64,000 bases of DNA from Entomortierella parvispora E1425 (GCA_020891255.1 BQFW01000004.1:1-64000); one strand, 5' to 3'. Counted from the stretch's first letter, positions 48,899 to 63,449 are shown. Translations and numbers: made by a program. Notes: generated by a model from the letters alone, not told the origin.

Positions 48899-50525
48899 TT
48901 AAATGTCTCTCTTGAGGGTGCCCTGGAACTGCTGGCGCTCCTCGCGGGTCTGGAAGCGACCGTGGCCGAACTTGGAGGAGGTATCGATGAACTTGAGCTG
49001 GACGTTCTCCAAAGCAGAGCGCTTGGTGTGGACCAAGAGGGACTTGCGGAGAGTGACGACGCGCTTGCGGGTACCAGCGCAGCATCCCTTGATCATGACG
49101 AAGTCCTCGTTGACGATACCGTAGTGGGGGAAGCCACCGAGGGGGGTGATGGGCTTCTCGGTCAAATCGTACTCGGTCTTGGCGTTGGACTTGTCCTCGC
49201 CCTTTCCGATGCGGTAGATCTTCTTGTTGACCTCAGTACGGTGATGGTAACCGTTCTGACCAGCACGGGGAACCGAGTACATGACTCGGGAAGGATGCCA
49301 AGCTCCGATACAAGCAACCTTGCGGAGACCCTTGTGGGTCTTGCGAGGAAGCTTCTTGGTGCCCCAACGATGGGTGACACCCTCGAAACCGTGACCCTTG
49401 GTGACGGCAATGACATCGATCATCTCATCCTGCTCCAAAACGGAGTTGATGTCGACGGTCTTCTCAAAGTGCTCGTAGGCAAAGTTGACCTTGTCGGCGA
49501 CGGAACCACCGTTCAACTGAACCTCCATAACGTGAGCCTTCTTCTGACCAATCTTGACCTTGCGGACCTGAGTGTGGACAATGACGCGGACGACAGAGCA
49601 GTACTTCTTGATGCGCTCGAGCTCGCGGAGGACGGGCTTGGCACCGTTGGAGTGCTGCTTGGCGTACTTGGTGAAGGCCTTTTTCTTGGAGCGGTACCAG
49701 TTCTTGTAGAAGCGACGCTTGAGCTCCTCAGACAAGTGCTCAGCCCAGACGGTGGTCAAAGAGCGAAGACCGCGGGGGGTCTCGACGTAACCGACGACAC
49801 CGACGACAACCATGGGGGGAGTCTCGATGATGGTGACGGCCTCGACGATCTCCTTCTTGTGCATCTTGGAACCGGGACGGTCCAAGTCGCGGACGACGTG
49901 GGTCATACCGGCCTTGTAACCCATGAAGGCGGTCAAGTGGACGGGCTTGGAGGCATCATCCTTGGGGAAGGACTTGGCCTTTCCTCTGTGGCGGGCAGCG
50001 CGCTTACGGGGAAGGAACCCGAGGGAACCGTGGCGTGGTCTCTCAAACTTACGGTGAGACTAGAAGAGTGAAGGTTCCAAGTGTTAAAAAATTGACCAGA
50101 TTCAACGAGAAATGTTTGCCGCCATTTTCAACCAGGTCCATCCATCCATGGACTTTTTTTTTAAAAAAAAAAAAAAAAAAGGCGATCCAGTTGAATTCCA
50201 CTGTTGTGGTTGAGAACGCCATATTCCTGGTCGTGTGCAAGTACTGCAAGTTCAACTGCTATAGTCTTCAAGTCCAGGTGAAAATATCTGACAAAGTGCT
50301 TCAGTCAATGTCCCGTCCGAGATGTCAATCAGTCAAGATGAGGATGTCAAGGATGTCGAGACCGACTTGCACAAGCAATGCAGTGTGTCCAACAATGCGA
50401 GTTATTGTCATCTAAGGGCTGTTGGATGGTGTTGAAGACATGATGCAGTGTTGGATGGACCGATGGACCGATGGATCGATTCCCAGATGGATGGATTGAA
50501 GCATCAAGCAACGGCTAATTACCAT
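48899..50525 (-). CDS. RPL3: 60S ribosomal protein L3 (uL3); exon 1 is only the ATG
   Basis: ATG/GTAATT at 50525, intron 50522-50060, then [57 protein letters not shown]. Confidence 0.98.
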
Positions 50526-50779
50526 TGCGAGTCGAGAGGGAGAAAGAAAGAACAAATCTTTGTGGGGCCTTCAGAGATGATATGCAAACAGCGCTAAGCC
50601 ACCGATTTCTTTTTTCTTTTTTTTCAGTTGTTCCCTCAGCCTCCGCCACCTGGCACAGCAAGCAAAACTTGACCGTCTCGCCTGGGTGCACTTGCTGCGA
50701 AACAAACGGCATGCACACTCTGACCACTGAACTATCTTTGCATCTCATTCCTTTTACTCATTGACATCACTCCTTGAAC
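50526..50779. promoter_or_regulatory. Compact putative bidirectional promoter between RPL3 and RIO1
   Basis: Only 254 bp separate the two predicted start codons, which point in opposite directions. Confidence 0.6.
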
Positions 50780-52860
50780 ATGACCGACCCCATCGCTCCT
50801 CCCTCCGAGGACACCATCGTTCTTGCCGATGCCTCTCTCGACCAGGAGGCCTCCTTTGACCACGAAAGTGACTACAGCTCGGACGACTATGACCAGGACC
50901 TCGAGGACGAGCTAAACGACTTTGACGGCTGGGACAATGCTACCGGCGGTAGGTTCACATAGCCTTTCAGGTCTATGGTTGCCAGCGTCGCCGAGATACA
51001 GCAGCTAATAGACGTCTACATGTTCTTCTAGACTTTACAAAGCAGTACAACCGACTTCGACAACAGCTCCAGCCAAACAAGTCCACCAACCCAGTCGTCA
51101 GCGCTCCTGCTGCGAACCATCCCCGAAAGGCACCTGTGGCTGCCAAGAAGGCCGAGGTGGCTGTACAAAAGGATGAAGACTCAAAGATGCTCGGCGATCA
51201 GATCGAGGCTCTGAGCACAAAGTTTGAGGGGCGCATCCATTTGGGAGAAAGTGCTGCTCCTTCAGTTGCCGAGATCAAAATGGGAAGCAAGAAGGCTGCT
51301 GGAGACAGGTACGTTGTGGACATTGGAGGCAACTTTGAGTCTGAGCAATCGCATCGTTGAGGCCCTTTTCATTAACCGATCTATTGTCGTGCCATCGTAG
51401 AGCCAAGAACACTGACAAGTCAGATCGAGCTACATCCGATCAGGTTCTTGATCCACGCACGCGTATCATTCTGTTCAAGATGTTGAATCGCAACATCATC
51501 TATGAGGTTAACGGTTGTATCAGTACAGGAAAGGAGGTACGGTTGCTGCCCTTCAGTCGGATGTTTATGTAGTCTATGTGTGTGTCTGCTCAAACAAGTG
51601 TTCATGTCGAACTGACATTTCTTTGTCATATAGGCCAATGTTTATCACGCACGGACAGAGGAAGGAGAGCACAGAGCCATCAAGATTTACAAAACGTCCA
51701 TCTTGGTCTTCAAGGATCGCGATCGCTATGTTTCTGGAGAGTACCGTTTCCGTCACGGATACAACAAATCCAACCCAAGAAAGATGGTCAAGATTTGGGC
51801 CGAGAAGGAGATGAGAAATTTGAAGCGTATCCATCAGGCAGGAATTCCTTGCCCCGAGCCTCTGGTTCTCCGCATGCACGTTCTTGTTATGGGTTTCCTC
51901 GGTGACAAGAATGGCTGGGCTTACCCTCGACTCAAGGATGCTCAGATTGATGCGGATCGATACCCTGCGTTGTACTTTCAATTGGTCAAGTACATGCGTA
52001 TCATGTACCAGACATGCCACTTGGTCCATGCGGATCTGAGTGAGTACAACATTCTTTACCACTCTCGCACACTGTACATCATTGATGTGTCCCAGTCAGT
52101 GGAGCACGATCACCCCCACGCCTTCAACTTTTTGCGAATGGACATCACCAACGTTTCGGATTACTTTAGAAAGAAGCGCGTGGATGTTATGGGCCAGAAG
52201 GAGCTCTTTGACTTTATCACGGATGTCAGCATTGAGATGACAGAGGAGGCCATGGACAATGAGCTGGAGCGTATTCAGAACAGCCAGCCCGTTAACGAGA
52301 CTGCGGCTGAGGCAGAGAAGCGCAAGGTCGACGATGCTGTCTTTGCTCAATCGTATATTCCCCGTCACTTGGAGGAGGTCATTGACGTTGAGCGTGATGT
52401 GCGCAAGGTTCTGGAGGGTAACACGGATGAGTTGCTGTACACAAAGATGACGGGTATCAAGGATGTGGACGAGCGACCCAAGGCGACACCCGAGCCCGAG
52501 ATGGAGGATGTCTCATCCGAGCCAAAGAAGGCGTCATCCAAGAAATCAAAGTCAAAAACCAAGACTGTCGAGACAACGGATGATGGCTCATTAGAGGAAG
52601 AGAACAACGACGAGAACGAGGAGGATGAGAACGACAGCGAGGACGAGCACTCTGAAGACGAGAACTCTGAGGACGAGGATGAGGATGACGATGATGACGA
52701 GTTCAAGAAGCAGGCACGGGGGAAGCGCAATGAGGACAAGGATGCAAAGAAGGAGCGTAAACTCAAGAGCAAGGAGGAGGCGCGAGAGAAGCGCAAGAAC
52801 AAGATCCCAAAGGCAGACAAGAAGCGCAAGGTCAAGACGACATCAACCAAGAAGAAATAG
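50780..52860 (+). CDS. RIO1: Serine/threonine kinase Rio1 (40S maturation), multi-exon
   Basis: [72 protein letters not shown]; acidic then lysine-rich tail. Confidence 0.97.
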
Positions 52861-53682
52861 AAGGTGAAAGAAGGAGCTCTCCGAGCCCCGAGGGTGGGAG
52901 AAAAAATTGCGGAATAAAAAAAAGCATAAAAATACAGCATACAACATGCAGCAGGCAAAGTCTACTCCGCATCGAACCATGGGCGCGCCCCACTTTAAAG
53001 TGCATACATGTACTCATGAAGATGAACTGCGAACTGCACCGTGCAGCTTGAACCAGGCACAGCAGCAGCCACGGACCGGGCGAGCGGACCAACAAACAAA
53101 GCAAACAAACCTCTTCGATTGGATTCGCCCACATGCCGCAAAGTGGGTCAAGTTAAGGGGCTGAACAGTGATTTTGCGCAGAATTTGAAAAGACAGGCCA
53201 CACACAGGCAACAGGCAGAGAGACCGACAGAAAGGCCGACAAACAGACGCCGTGCGGGCGCACACCACCCGCCCACCCACCCACACACCCACACAGACTC
53301 ACCCTGCTGTTACCCACTGCACTCATCATCTGAGCATTTCTGCATTCGCTCGACTCTCACCTTTTTTTTTTTTTTTTTTTTTTTTTGTCTCTTTCACACC
53401 TCACCACACCACACCACCTCTGAACACATCCACTCTCTCCCCTTCTCTCCTCTTCTGCACTCACATTCTCACATTCTACATTCAAAGACTCCTCTTCCTT
53501 TGCTTTGCCGTGCTCTGCTCTTTCCCATCCAGGAATCACATTGCACTTTCATCATCCCTGATCTTCATTCCCAGTCCATGCTCATTCAGCCCCATTGAAC
53601 CTGAGCCGCCGACCCCTCCCAACCCTACTTTGCTCTTCGGCATTAAAAAAAGGCCTGACCTTTCCATTCTTGCCGCTTGACC

Positions 53683-56600
53683 ATGCCCACAGCCCCGGCC
53701 ACTCCTGCGCTCCCCCAGGTCTCCTTCGTGAACCTGTACTCCGAGGACCCATGGAAGAAGCGTCAGCGAGTTCGCATCCAGCAGGCTTGCTCAGAGTGCC
53801 GTCGTCAAAAGATCAAGTGCGATGGCCAGAAACCATGCAAGTCTTGCAAAAAGAGCGACCGTAGCTGCATCTACAACACCTCCAACAACCCTTCCTCGTC
53901 CTCCTCACCGTCTGGGCTCCAACATGGCGAAGACCAAGAAGAATCGCAGTCGCATGCTCCTTCTTCTTCGTCTGCGACTCCGACTAGCGATGGTGCGTCC
54001 AAGACCCACTTCTCCTTTGCAGCTGATCAGCACCAGCAAAAGCAACAGGACCAGCACGAGCCACAGCCACCGAAACAGTCGCAGCCCCAGTCAGGACATT
54101 CGGTCGTGGGACAACAGGACTCGCCTGCGCATCCTCATTCGCCTCATCCTTACTCCAAGCATCAACATGACCATCATCCTCAGCCTCGCCATCACCATCA
54201 CAACCACAGCCATCACCGAAACGCAGATCTTGCTCAGGTGAAGCAAGAGCCCTCCGAATCTAAGCTTTCCCCCCTCCGAAAGGATTCCAAGCATGACCGC
54301 AAGGGCCACGATTCGTCCGAGAATAAGGCCAAAGTGCAGGTCAAGGATATCGGCAAGTACGGCGTGCCTCTAGACGAGTGGCAAAAGCCCGAAGGTCCAG
54401 AGTTGTCTAACCCTCGTAGAAATGGTAAGGTGTCTCTTTTTTTGTTCTCGGTGCCTGCTTGAGAAAATACCTCTAGCCCATCACGTTTGGGTCCACGGGG
54501 AGAGAGGAAGGAGAGCCAGCAGTGGCAGTTCCGGAAGGCAGCTTAAAATGAAGGAGCGACGAAAAAAGATCGCTTGAGTATCCTCCAATGGCCCTCGCGG
54601 GTTCATCCGATGCTGGTCGTGCGCCATTGTTTTGACCAATCCTTTGGGCTGAGAATTGAGGGATAAAAGTGACAACCAAGACCTTTTGGTTGTTTTATTT
54701 TGGGGAGAGAGGGACCGCGACAGGACAGGAGGGAACAGGCGAGGGGGGACAAGGCACTACGGCGGTCGGGCCAAATAATGTACCCTCGGATGTATGCATG
54801 GCGCCTGCACACTGCCGACTGACACAGCTACTCGTTCCTGCTTTTAATAGGTCCATCCACATCACCCGCTTCTGCGGTTTCTTCGGATCACAACTCCTCT
54901 CTGAGCGAGGGACCCGAGGCAATGCCTCAGTCGGCTCCCATGTTCCCAATGTACCTGCAGACACCGACTGTTCAGGATCTTCGTCAGCAGCAGCAGCGTC
55001 TTCACTTTCAGCTCTTGCAGCAGCAGCAACATCAGCAGCAGCAACAGCAGTTGCAGCAGCTTCAACAGCAACAGCAGCTGCAACAACAACAACAACAACA
55101 ACAACAGCACAGTCAACCTCCCAGTCAAAGTCAGAGCGCGAGTCAGACTCCGATACTTGTGCAGTCGCCCCAGGTCAATTCCATGCAGGACATCAATACC
55201 TGCATCGATGATCTTGAGAGCAAACATACCCACAACACACTGGTCTACATCATGGAGTCTCTGAAGCTGACTGACACTGCAAACCAGACATCAAGAAAGT
55301 CATACGATCTTGTTGTCGAGAAGAAGTCTGAGGACCAGAATACGATACCCGCAGAGATCAGTCTTCCCTCAGACCTTTCGCTGCCAATGCGTTCGACCGA
55401 CCTTCCTAGCGTGGAAATCAGGGATCATCTCGTCGACACTTACTTTACCTATCGATATCCCATTTGGCCGATCGTTCACAAGACCATCTTCCTTCGTCAG
55501 CTGCACGATCCTAACAGCACGCCATCATTACTTCTTCTGAATGCGCTCTTTGCCTACGCGTCCCGGTACTCCTCCTGGCAGGTTCTTCGATCGGATCCAG
55601 AGAGACCAGAGACAGCAGGTCAGCTGTTTTTGGAGCGAGCCCAAGCCATGTTGCCTGCCTTTTTGATGGCTCCTCGACTCTCAACAGTACAGGCTCTCCT
55701 TTTCTTGGCTCAGCTGGAAGACAACTCGACACAACGACACACTTACCACAGTATGGCGGTGCGGATGGCGCAACTGTTGGACTTGCACAAGAACTGCAAG
55801 CATTTGGGATTGCCCGATGATGAACGCGAGACCCGTCGTTGTATCTGGTGGACATGTTATATGAACGACCGACTTCTTGCGCTGTCTACAAGGAAACCCT
55901 CCATTATCCACGATGGAGACTGCAACATTGACCTTCCGTTTCAGGAGCATATTTATGACGGTCCAGGAAACAATTCAGTGTCGCTGTCGCATTACTATTC
56001 TCCACCGCAGCTCTTTCACCAGCTGTTGCTGTTGAGCAAGATTGTAGGAGGTGTCCTCAAGCACTTCACAAGAGTCGCCAACAAGCGTTACCGCAGTCCG
56101 GATGCCCATGAGATCGCATTGACATCCTTGGATGAATCTATGTTCACCTGGCTTGCGTCTCTGCCCGATCACCTTCAGTACACGCCTGCAAACGACGCGA
56201 CGACTACAAAGACGCTTCCTTCACCCTACGTCGCTGCGCTTCATCTGTACTTTTACTCCATCTTGCACACGCTGCACAACCCTTACATGGACTCTTCCAA
56301 TCCAAGAGCAACGACAGATATGCCAAAGTCCTCTCCGTCTCTGGAGCGGTGTACCCTAGCCGCATCTATGATCACGGGATTGTCTCGCTCGCTCTGCTTT
56401 CAGCCGCAATATGGACTCAACTTTGGAACTCAGTGCTACGCTATTCTTCATTCCGCCATCATGCACCTCACCAACACTGCCAACACAACATCGTATCAGA
56501 GTCTTAAGTCAAAGTCGCAGTTCATCTCTACACTGAGTGTGATCAAGGCTTACTCGCAGCACTATGCCTTTGAAGGCGTCAAAAAGAGTTCGGACGTCAT

Positions 56601-57603
56601 GGACAATATTTACAATTGGCAAGTGGCGAGACATCAGGATGATACCCCAAGCCCCTCAGCGGGATCGACGACGACGGCAGTCTCTTCGCCTGGTTTGGGT
56701 GTGATGAGAGAGGTCAAACATCCTGATCACCATCATGTCTTGCATCATCTTCACCATCCTTACCTTCGATCAGATTCGACGCCATCGAGCCCCAGACTGG
56801 GACCTAATTCAGGAGCGAATGCAAACTTCCCCTCGCTCTGCATTCCTTCCTCACCGGCCCCGACACACGAGAGCTCACTCTCTTCCAGGACTCGCTCACC
56901 TCACCCCTATCAGTTGAACAGCAGTGTTGCAACCAGCATTGCAAACACCCCAACAGGCGTAGGAAGTCCAAGACTGAACCCAGAGTTGGAGAGGAAACAG
57001 GGCGCGGTATCGATTCCTGTCACATCTGGTCAAGAGTTTGTCAATTGCTCGACCGAACCCACTGCGGAGTCACAGGCGCTGTTGTCGGATATTTACAGTT
57101 CCAACCCAACTATTACTTTTGACAATGGCCGTGTTTCGCCTCTGGATTCGACTTCTTTGGGAGCCATTCTCGGATTTGAGTTGCCCCATAGCTCCAACGA
57201 GGAAGAGGACAATGCCTACTGGAACGCGCAGGCCAACTCTTTGGGAGGAATGGACGGTTGGAACCAGCAGCTCATGACGGCTCAGGAACACGTGTCATAC
57301 AAGAGTGCTGTGGGAGGACCTGCAGGCTATTTGGGTGGCAACAACAGTTTTGGATCCTTGGAGCCCAACTACTTTGACTCGTTGGGCGCGGCATCAGGTG
57401 TCGACTTTTCCGGATTCGGAGTAGGTGCCACTGGTACGGAATTCGGCTCTACCTTTGGTGGACCCACCATGGGAGCTAGTCACACCTTTGCTTTCCAGAC
57501 GCTGCAACAGCGCGAGCAGGAGCAACGTCAACAAAACCGTCGACTCTCGAGAACGGCCCAGCTCCAACAACAGCAGTCGCAACAACAACAGCAACAACAA
57601 CAA

Positions 57604-57634
<31 letters not shown>

Positions 57635-58050
57635 CATCCATGTTTTCGTCCTCTCCTGTGTCTTCGCAGCAAGACACGACAAGCATGTACATCAAACAGG
57701 AACCGTTCCAGTTCTCTCAAGACCTGGTGAACCAAGTCTACCAAAAGACACTGGCGGTCATGGAAAACGACGTGCCAGACCAGAGTCAGAACGCGATGCG
57801 TCCACAATCAAGCGCGAGTCCACTGTCAGAGATGACGCTGCCTGTACCGTTGTTGAAAGACGAGAATCAGGGGATCCGACAACAGGAGCTTTTGCAGCGA
57901 CAACTGTCTGAGGGTCGAGAGAACGGGGACAGCCTCGTTATACCCAGTGTGGACATGAACACGGACGGTGTCAATTATTTTGATTCGCCTCTGGAAGGGT
58001 TAGCGGTCGACGATACGGCGATGGAGGATATTGCCGAGGAAACATGGTAG
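53683..58050 (+). CDS. Zn2Cys6 (Gal4-type) transcription factor with fungal middle homology region
   Basis: ACSECRRQKIKCDGQKPCKSCKKSDRSC; MHR with PRLSTVQALLFLA and ERETRRCIWWTCYMNDRLLAL. The predicted intron 54425-54850 joins in frame; poly-Q tracts. Confidence 0.93.
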
Positions 58051-58784
58051 AGAGTTATACTCTCACACGCGATAGGCGGTTGTAGATATATATCTTTTTT
58101 TTCTCTTTCTTTTTTTTTTCTTTTTCATTTTTTATTTCCTCCTCCTTCCCCTTTCCTCCATATAGTCCCATCCGCAGCCCTTCCTTTGTTCGCCGCTCTT
58201 TATTTTTTTATTGTTTTTGTTTCCAGCTCCCCTTTTACCTTGCATTGCATCCACCAATACAACTGACTAGATGCACTAGACGCCCTAGACACACGCACAG
58301 CGATATGAATTGCATAGATCATGAGCATAGCGAGATTCCAGCACAACATAAGCCACCGACTGTGACTGCGGAATTACTCCGCCCAGTTGTTCATGTGATC
58401 TCCGCTCAGTTTTCGAGAGCAAGAAGAAACGAAGAAAAAGGAACAGACCCGCATTCATGACAAAGACGCATCGCACTCTGCTTCAGCTTGCTCCTATCTC
58501 TTTCCATCCTCCTGCAGCTTGCCCGTCTGGCTTTGCATTCCCTCTCTCTGCCCTGACTTGCCTTGCTTGCGCCATTCGCCAGTCGAGGTCTCTACTGAGG
58601 TACAATTACCATCCAAACTTGCATCCAGCTCATCCATCGTCCCTTCTCGGCATTGATAGCAGAAGTGAGCACAAAGGACTGATCTTCTCATCCCTTCTCC
58701 ATCGTCCCTTGCGTAGCATATTCAGGAACTAAGGGACAAAAGGAAAGGCATCCACTTGAAGCGCACCTACTCCCCTTTTCAGCT

Positions 58785-61700
58785 ATGGCAGGACAACCTC
58801 CAAACGGTGGATTTGGTGGAAAGAAAAGCGACCCAGGGTCCCTGACGGACCCCTTGAGCTTTGCCTCAAGACTCTTTGAACAGATCGGGAACAACAACTA
58901 CTCTATGGATGACGAGTCCCGGAGCGAGTCCGAGAGATCAGGATCTGAACTGCAAACGGACGATGAGGATGAGGATGACAACGACGACGACGTTCAACGC
59001 CGCGACGGAGGCTCGTCCAAGCATCAGGTATCAACAACAAACCAGTTGCACAAAATTGGGCGAAGTCTTGAGGACCGATCATCTACAAGACATATGGGAC
59101 AGTCAACGGGTCCAGGACCGCAGGGCCACGCCAACCTTCATAATGGAGACAACAGCGACCATGTTGCCAAGCGTATGAGGCTTGAGGCTGTTGCTCAACT
59201 CATCAGTGCAGGCATGCAGAGAAACTCACCAACGGCGCAAATAAAGGCGCAGCCAGGAACACAGACGCAACCAGGAACACAGGCGCCTCCTCCTTTTACT
59301 CTCACGCCCGAGACTCTCAGCTTGTTCAATCTCGCTCCCTCTGGAGACTCTCCCAAGGTGACACCCCTTCAGCAACGTCCATCAGCACCGCAGCAACACA
59401 TGTCGCAGAGTTATACCCGACCTGTGAGTCATCAAAATACAGCGCCTCCAGCGACCATGAGCAAGCCAATGTACTCGCAGTCATCACACATACAGCTTCC
59501 TCCGACTTCTTTTACTCCATCTGTGCTAAAAAGTGCTGCTAGCGGGAAGGTGATTGATTTGACGGAGGAGGACCCCTTGAACGTATCCGATGATGATGTT
59601 GTAATTGACGAATCCAGGACAACGGCGATTGCAAACAGGAATATGTGCTTTGGCATGATTCAGAGCTTGGTCGTGACCCTCTATCCACGCCATCTGGAGT
59701 ACATTGAAGGAAAGGCCGACAGGGTCATTATCAAACGAGCCACCACTGCAAACAAGGCAAGCTTGGCTGTCGAGCACGAGTCTGGATTGGTAAGTCAGGG
59801 AAGAACATATGCCTGGATAAATACGGATAAACACAATGGCTCCAGAATACTCACAGCTGCCCATGTTTCCTTTTCGTCATAGTATGGATACATTGTGTCA
59901 GAGCTGGCAGAGACACTTGTGCCATTGGTCGATGCAAACATGATTTGGTGGGAGGCGTCCGTGCCCCGCGTTCGGAAACAGAATGTAAGTCTTTGAGAAT
60001 GGAGCACCACTGTTTTTTAATTTCTGTGCGACTAACATTTTTTATATTCTTGATGATGCTATTAGAATGTGAGCGCACCCGTCAATATTATTATCTATGG
60101 ACGCCCAGAGTATCAAATGGCGGTGGCGAAGGCACTTTATGGCAAAGTTCGCCTGGAAGAGCCTCTTGCTTTTGACTCTCGGACCCGATACAGCAACCCA
60201 CTTGTGCCTGAGGCTGGAGAAAAACTGAGTCCATATGACAGATGGCGTGGCATGACAGCTCCTGCAGCACTAGGAACTGGATTACCCTCAAGCACCTATG
60301 GATATTCTGGATATTCCAACTATTCTGGCTATGGATCAACTGCACGCTCAGCGGAGGAAATCAAGAATCAAATTGATGGTGTCTTCAAGGGCCTCCGAAG
60401 TGCAACGGATTTGCCAGAGGTGGAACCCGTGAAAATGCTCTCGACCCCAATGTACCGGCACCAAAAGCAAGCCCTCTACTTTTTGTTGGAGCGTGAGAAA
60501 CAGGAGGACTATTCTGACAATGAGAAAAACAAACTAACGTCTCTCTGGCGCAAGAACCAGGCGCTTCATCGACACCCCACCTATCTTAATGTTGTCACAA
60601 GTCAGGAGACCGCTCTCAAACCCACGAGCATGCTTGGAGGCATATTGGCTGATGATGTATGTATTGACTAGTCGCTTCGAGTGTGGAGTCGCTGTGCACT
60701 TTTTTTCTAACGGGCAGCTTTCTCTTCTGCTGATATTCTATCTATTAGATGGGCCTTGGAAAGACAATCACGATCATTTCTCTCATTGTTCACACACTTG
60801 ACCGCAGGATGCATGTACCCGCCAGAACAGCTAGCGCGTCATTGCCAGCCCCCTCAGGAGCTGCCCCAGATTTTTTGAGTTCTGGAGAGCAAGTGACGGA
60901 ATACGACTCACCGCCTTCACCCACGATCCGTCCTTTGCAACCCACTGCTCCTCGAAAGCCCATGTTCAAAAAGAGGCTGACCAACCAGCAGACAAAGTCG
61001 CATGCCACACTCATCATCTGTCCTTTGTCAACTGTTCAAAATTGGGAAGAACAGTTCGAGACCCATGTCCGGAAGGATTCACTGCAGGTGTATGTCTATC
61101 ACGGAGGACAACGTGTTTCTGATCCCGCCTTCCTAGCTAAGCACGACGTGGTGATCACAACCTACAACCTTTTGGGCTCCGAGTACTCAAAGGAATGCAA
61201 AGGACGAGACACGGAAAATGGACCTTCAAAGCACCCTAGTGTACTTCAGCATATAGATTGGTTCAGAGTTGTTCTGGACGAAGCACACATTATCAAGGAA
61301 GCGACCACGGTTCAGAGCAAAGCAGCATGTTCTTTGAAAGCAGAGCGGAAATGGTGCTTGACTGGTACTCCAATTCAAAACAAGGTACGTTGATCTGGGC
61401 ACTGCTTCGGCAAGGATGGATTAGTCATGTTGAACTTGACAGCTAACATAGTTTTATTTGTGATGTCATAGCTGGATGATCTTTACGCACTTGTCAAGTT
61501 CCTTGGTATGCAGCCTTTCCATGAAAAGGCGCACTGGGCACATTACATCTCAAAGCCCATCAAGGCAGCCAATCCCATCGGAATCACTCGGTTACAAACT
61601 CTGATGAAGGTCATTACTCTTCGACGCACAAAGACCCAAATGGTGGATGGCAAGCCATTGCTCACATTGCCTGCCAGAACGGATCATATGCGGATCTTGG

Positions 61701-63203
61701 AGCTCAGTCTCAACGAAAGACAAATGTACCAGCGCATGGAATCCAGGGCGAAGCAGACTGTGGACGAAATTGTGCAAGAGAACAAGATCATGAAGAACTA
61801 TGCCCATATTCTTCAGGCGATCCTGAAACTCCGCCAAATCTGTGCCCATTACGCACTCGTCAAGAACATGTACGACGACCTCGATATGAGTGGCGAATTC
61901 AACTTGGCCAAGGCAGCGGCTATTCTTTCGCTCTTGCAGGATTCTGGCAACGACCAGTGCAACCAGTGTTTCCACCCTTCCACGGCGACACCCATTGTAA
62001 CTCGGTGCGAGCACATCTTCTGCCCCGAGTGTGTCAAGAAGCTGAACCCCATCTCGTTCATGTTGATCCAAAAGGGCAATGCCAATGTCAGTGTGGCTCC
62101 AGAACTCAAGACCGACTTTTCGTGCCCACAGTGTTCTTCCAACTTGAAGCCTGTCGATTTGATTCAAGTCATGGACGACTCAGAGGATAAGATCACGGCA
62201 ACGGCGACTGAAGGCGTCCATGTGCACAGTAGAACGGATGAGGACGGAATGTTTATTCACAGTACAAAGGTCAAGGCTCTGATGGATGACCTTGTTCAGG
62301 CGACCGACATTGCAAAGAAGACTGGCCAGCCACTTGTAAAGAGTGTAGTGTTTTCACAGTGGACCAGCATGCTGGATTTGATCGAGGTAATTAACTGCGA
62401 ATTCGGCACTCTTTTACACCAAAGGGCGATGCTGAATGGATTACTTATCCTTTTTGTACATTTCTTTGTTTTGTAGGATGGTCTTCGGGAAAACAACATC
62501 AAATTTACCCGTCTGGATGGTACAATGCAACGTAGCGACCGTACCTCGGCCATGATCAACTTCAAGGAAAAGTCCGATGTCAGCGTGATTCTCATCAGTT
62601 TGAAGGCAGGAGGTGTTGGTCTGAACCTCACCTCGGCGCAGCGTGTTTACCTCATGGATCCTCACTGGTAAGTCAGCTTTGGCATGGACATCTGATCTCT
62701 GCATGCAGTAAAGTGCGGCCTACTTATATGTGTTGCACTCTTTTATCTGTCTCTAGGAATCCCTCGGTGGAAAGTCAGGCTATTGATCGTATTCATCGTC
62801 TGGGCCAAACTAAACCCGTAGATGTGATTCGGTTTATTATCAAGGTAAAGAAGTTTGAAGTTTTTCTCATCATGATCTATGTGCTAGCTACGATTGATAG
62901 AAAATATTGTTTTTACTGACTCGATCTCGTAATTTGTGCTTCACCCTTGATGGTTTCTTTTTTTTATAGGAATCTATCGAAGAAAACATTCTGGAGCTTC
63001 AAAAGCGAAAGACAGAGCTGTCGGACATGACGTTTGCAGAAAAGCTGTCCAAGCAAGAGGTTCTGAAGCGTCGTCTCGAGGACCTCAAGTACCTCTTCCA
63101 GGGATCCTCCGAGATTATGAAAAAGTCCCGTGCTGGTGCGGTTGCCAGCGAATCCTTGACGCCTTCGTCGGCCTCGTCTCCCGCGTCCGTTTCCTTCCAA
63201 TAA
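58785..63203 (+). CDS. Rad5/HLTF/Rad16-like SNF2 helicase with RING finger and probable HIRAN-like N-terminal domain
   Basis: GGILADD/MGLGKT, RVVLDEAH, WCLTGTPIQN; RING CNQC...CEHIFCPEC...CPQC; SVVFSQWTSMLDLIE, LISLKAGGVGLNLTSAQRVYLMDPHW/NPSVESQAIDRIHRLGQ. Confidence 0.93.
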
Positions 63204-63449
63204 GCGCTGCCTTCGTCTCGACGCGCAATTTTTTTTTCACTGTCTGGCATTTCCAAATAGAGGGCGCTCGTCATTATCGTCCCATTCTAGATCCACCACT
63301 CTCCTCTCCATACCATTGTAACATCCCGCCGCTAGATATGCCATTGACGTTGTACCAACAGAGTTTTTCTTTTCCCCCATCATTTCTCAAATGGTATCCT
63401 GCTTTGGTTGAAGGCTGATTTGTGTTTTCATTGTTGCTGTGGATGGGTA

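Noticed and set aside
48869-50071. 400-aa plus-strand ORF opposite RPL3, and similar antisense ORFs over ARP3, CYC8, RIO1, the GATA gene and the helicase
   Set aside because: These are shadow ORFs produced by the strong codon bias of the sense genes.
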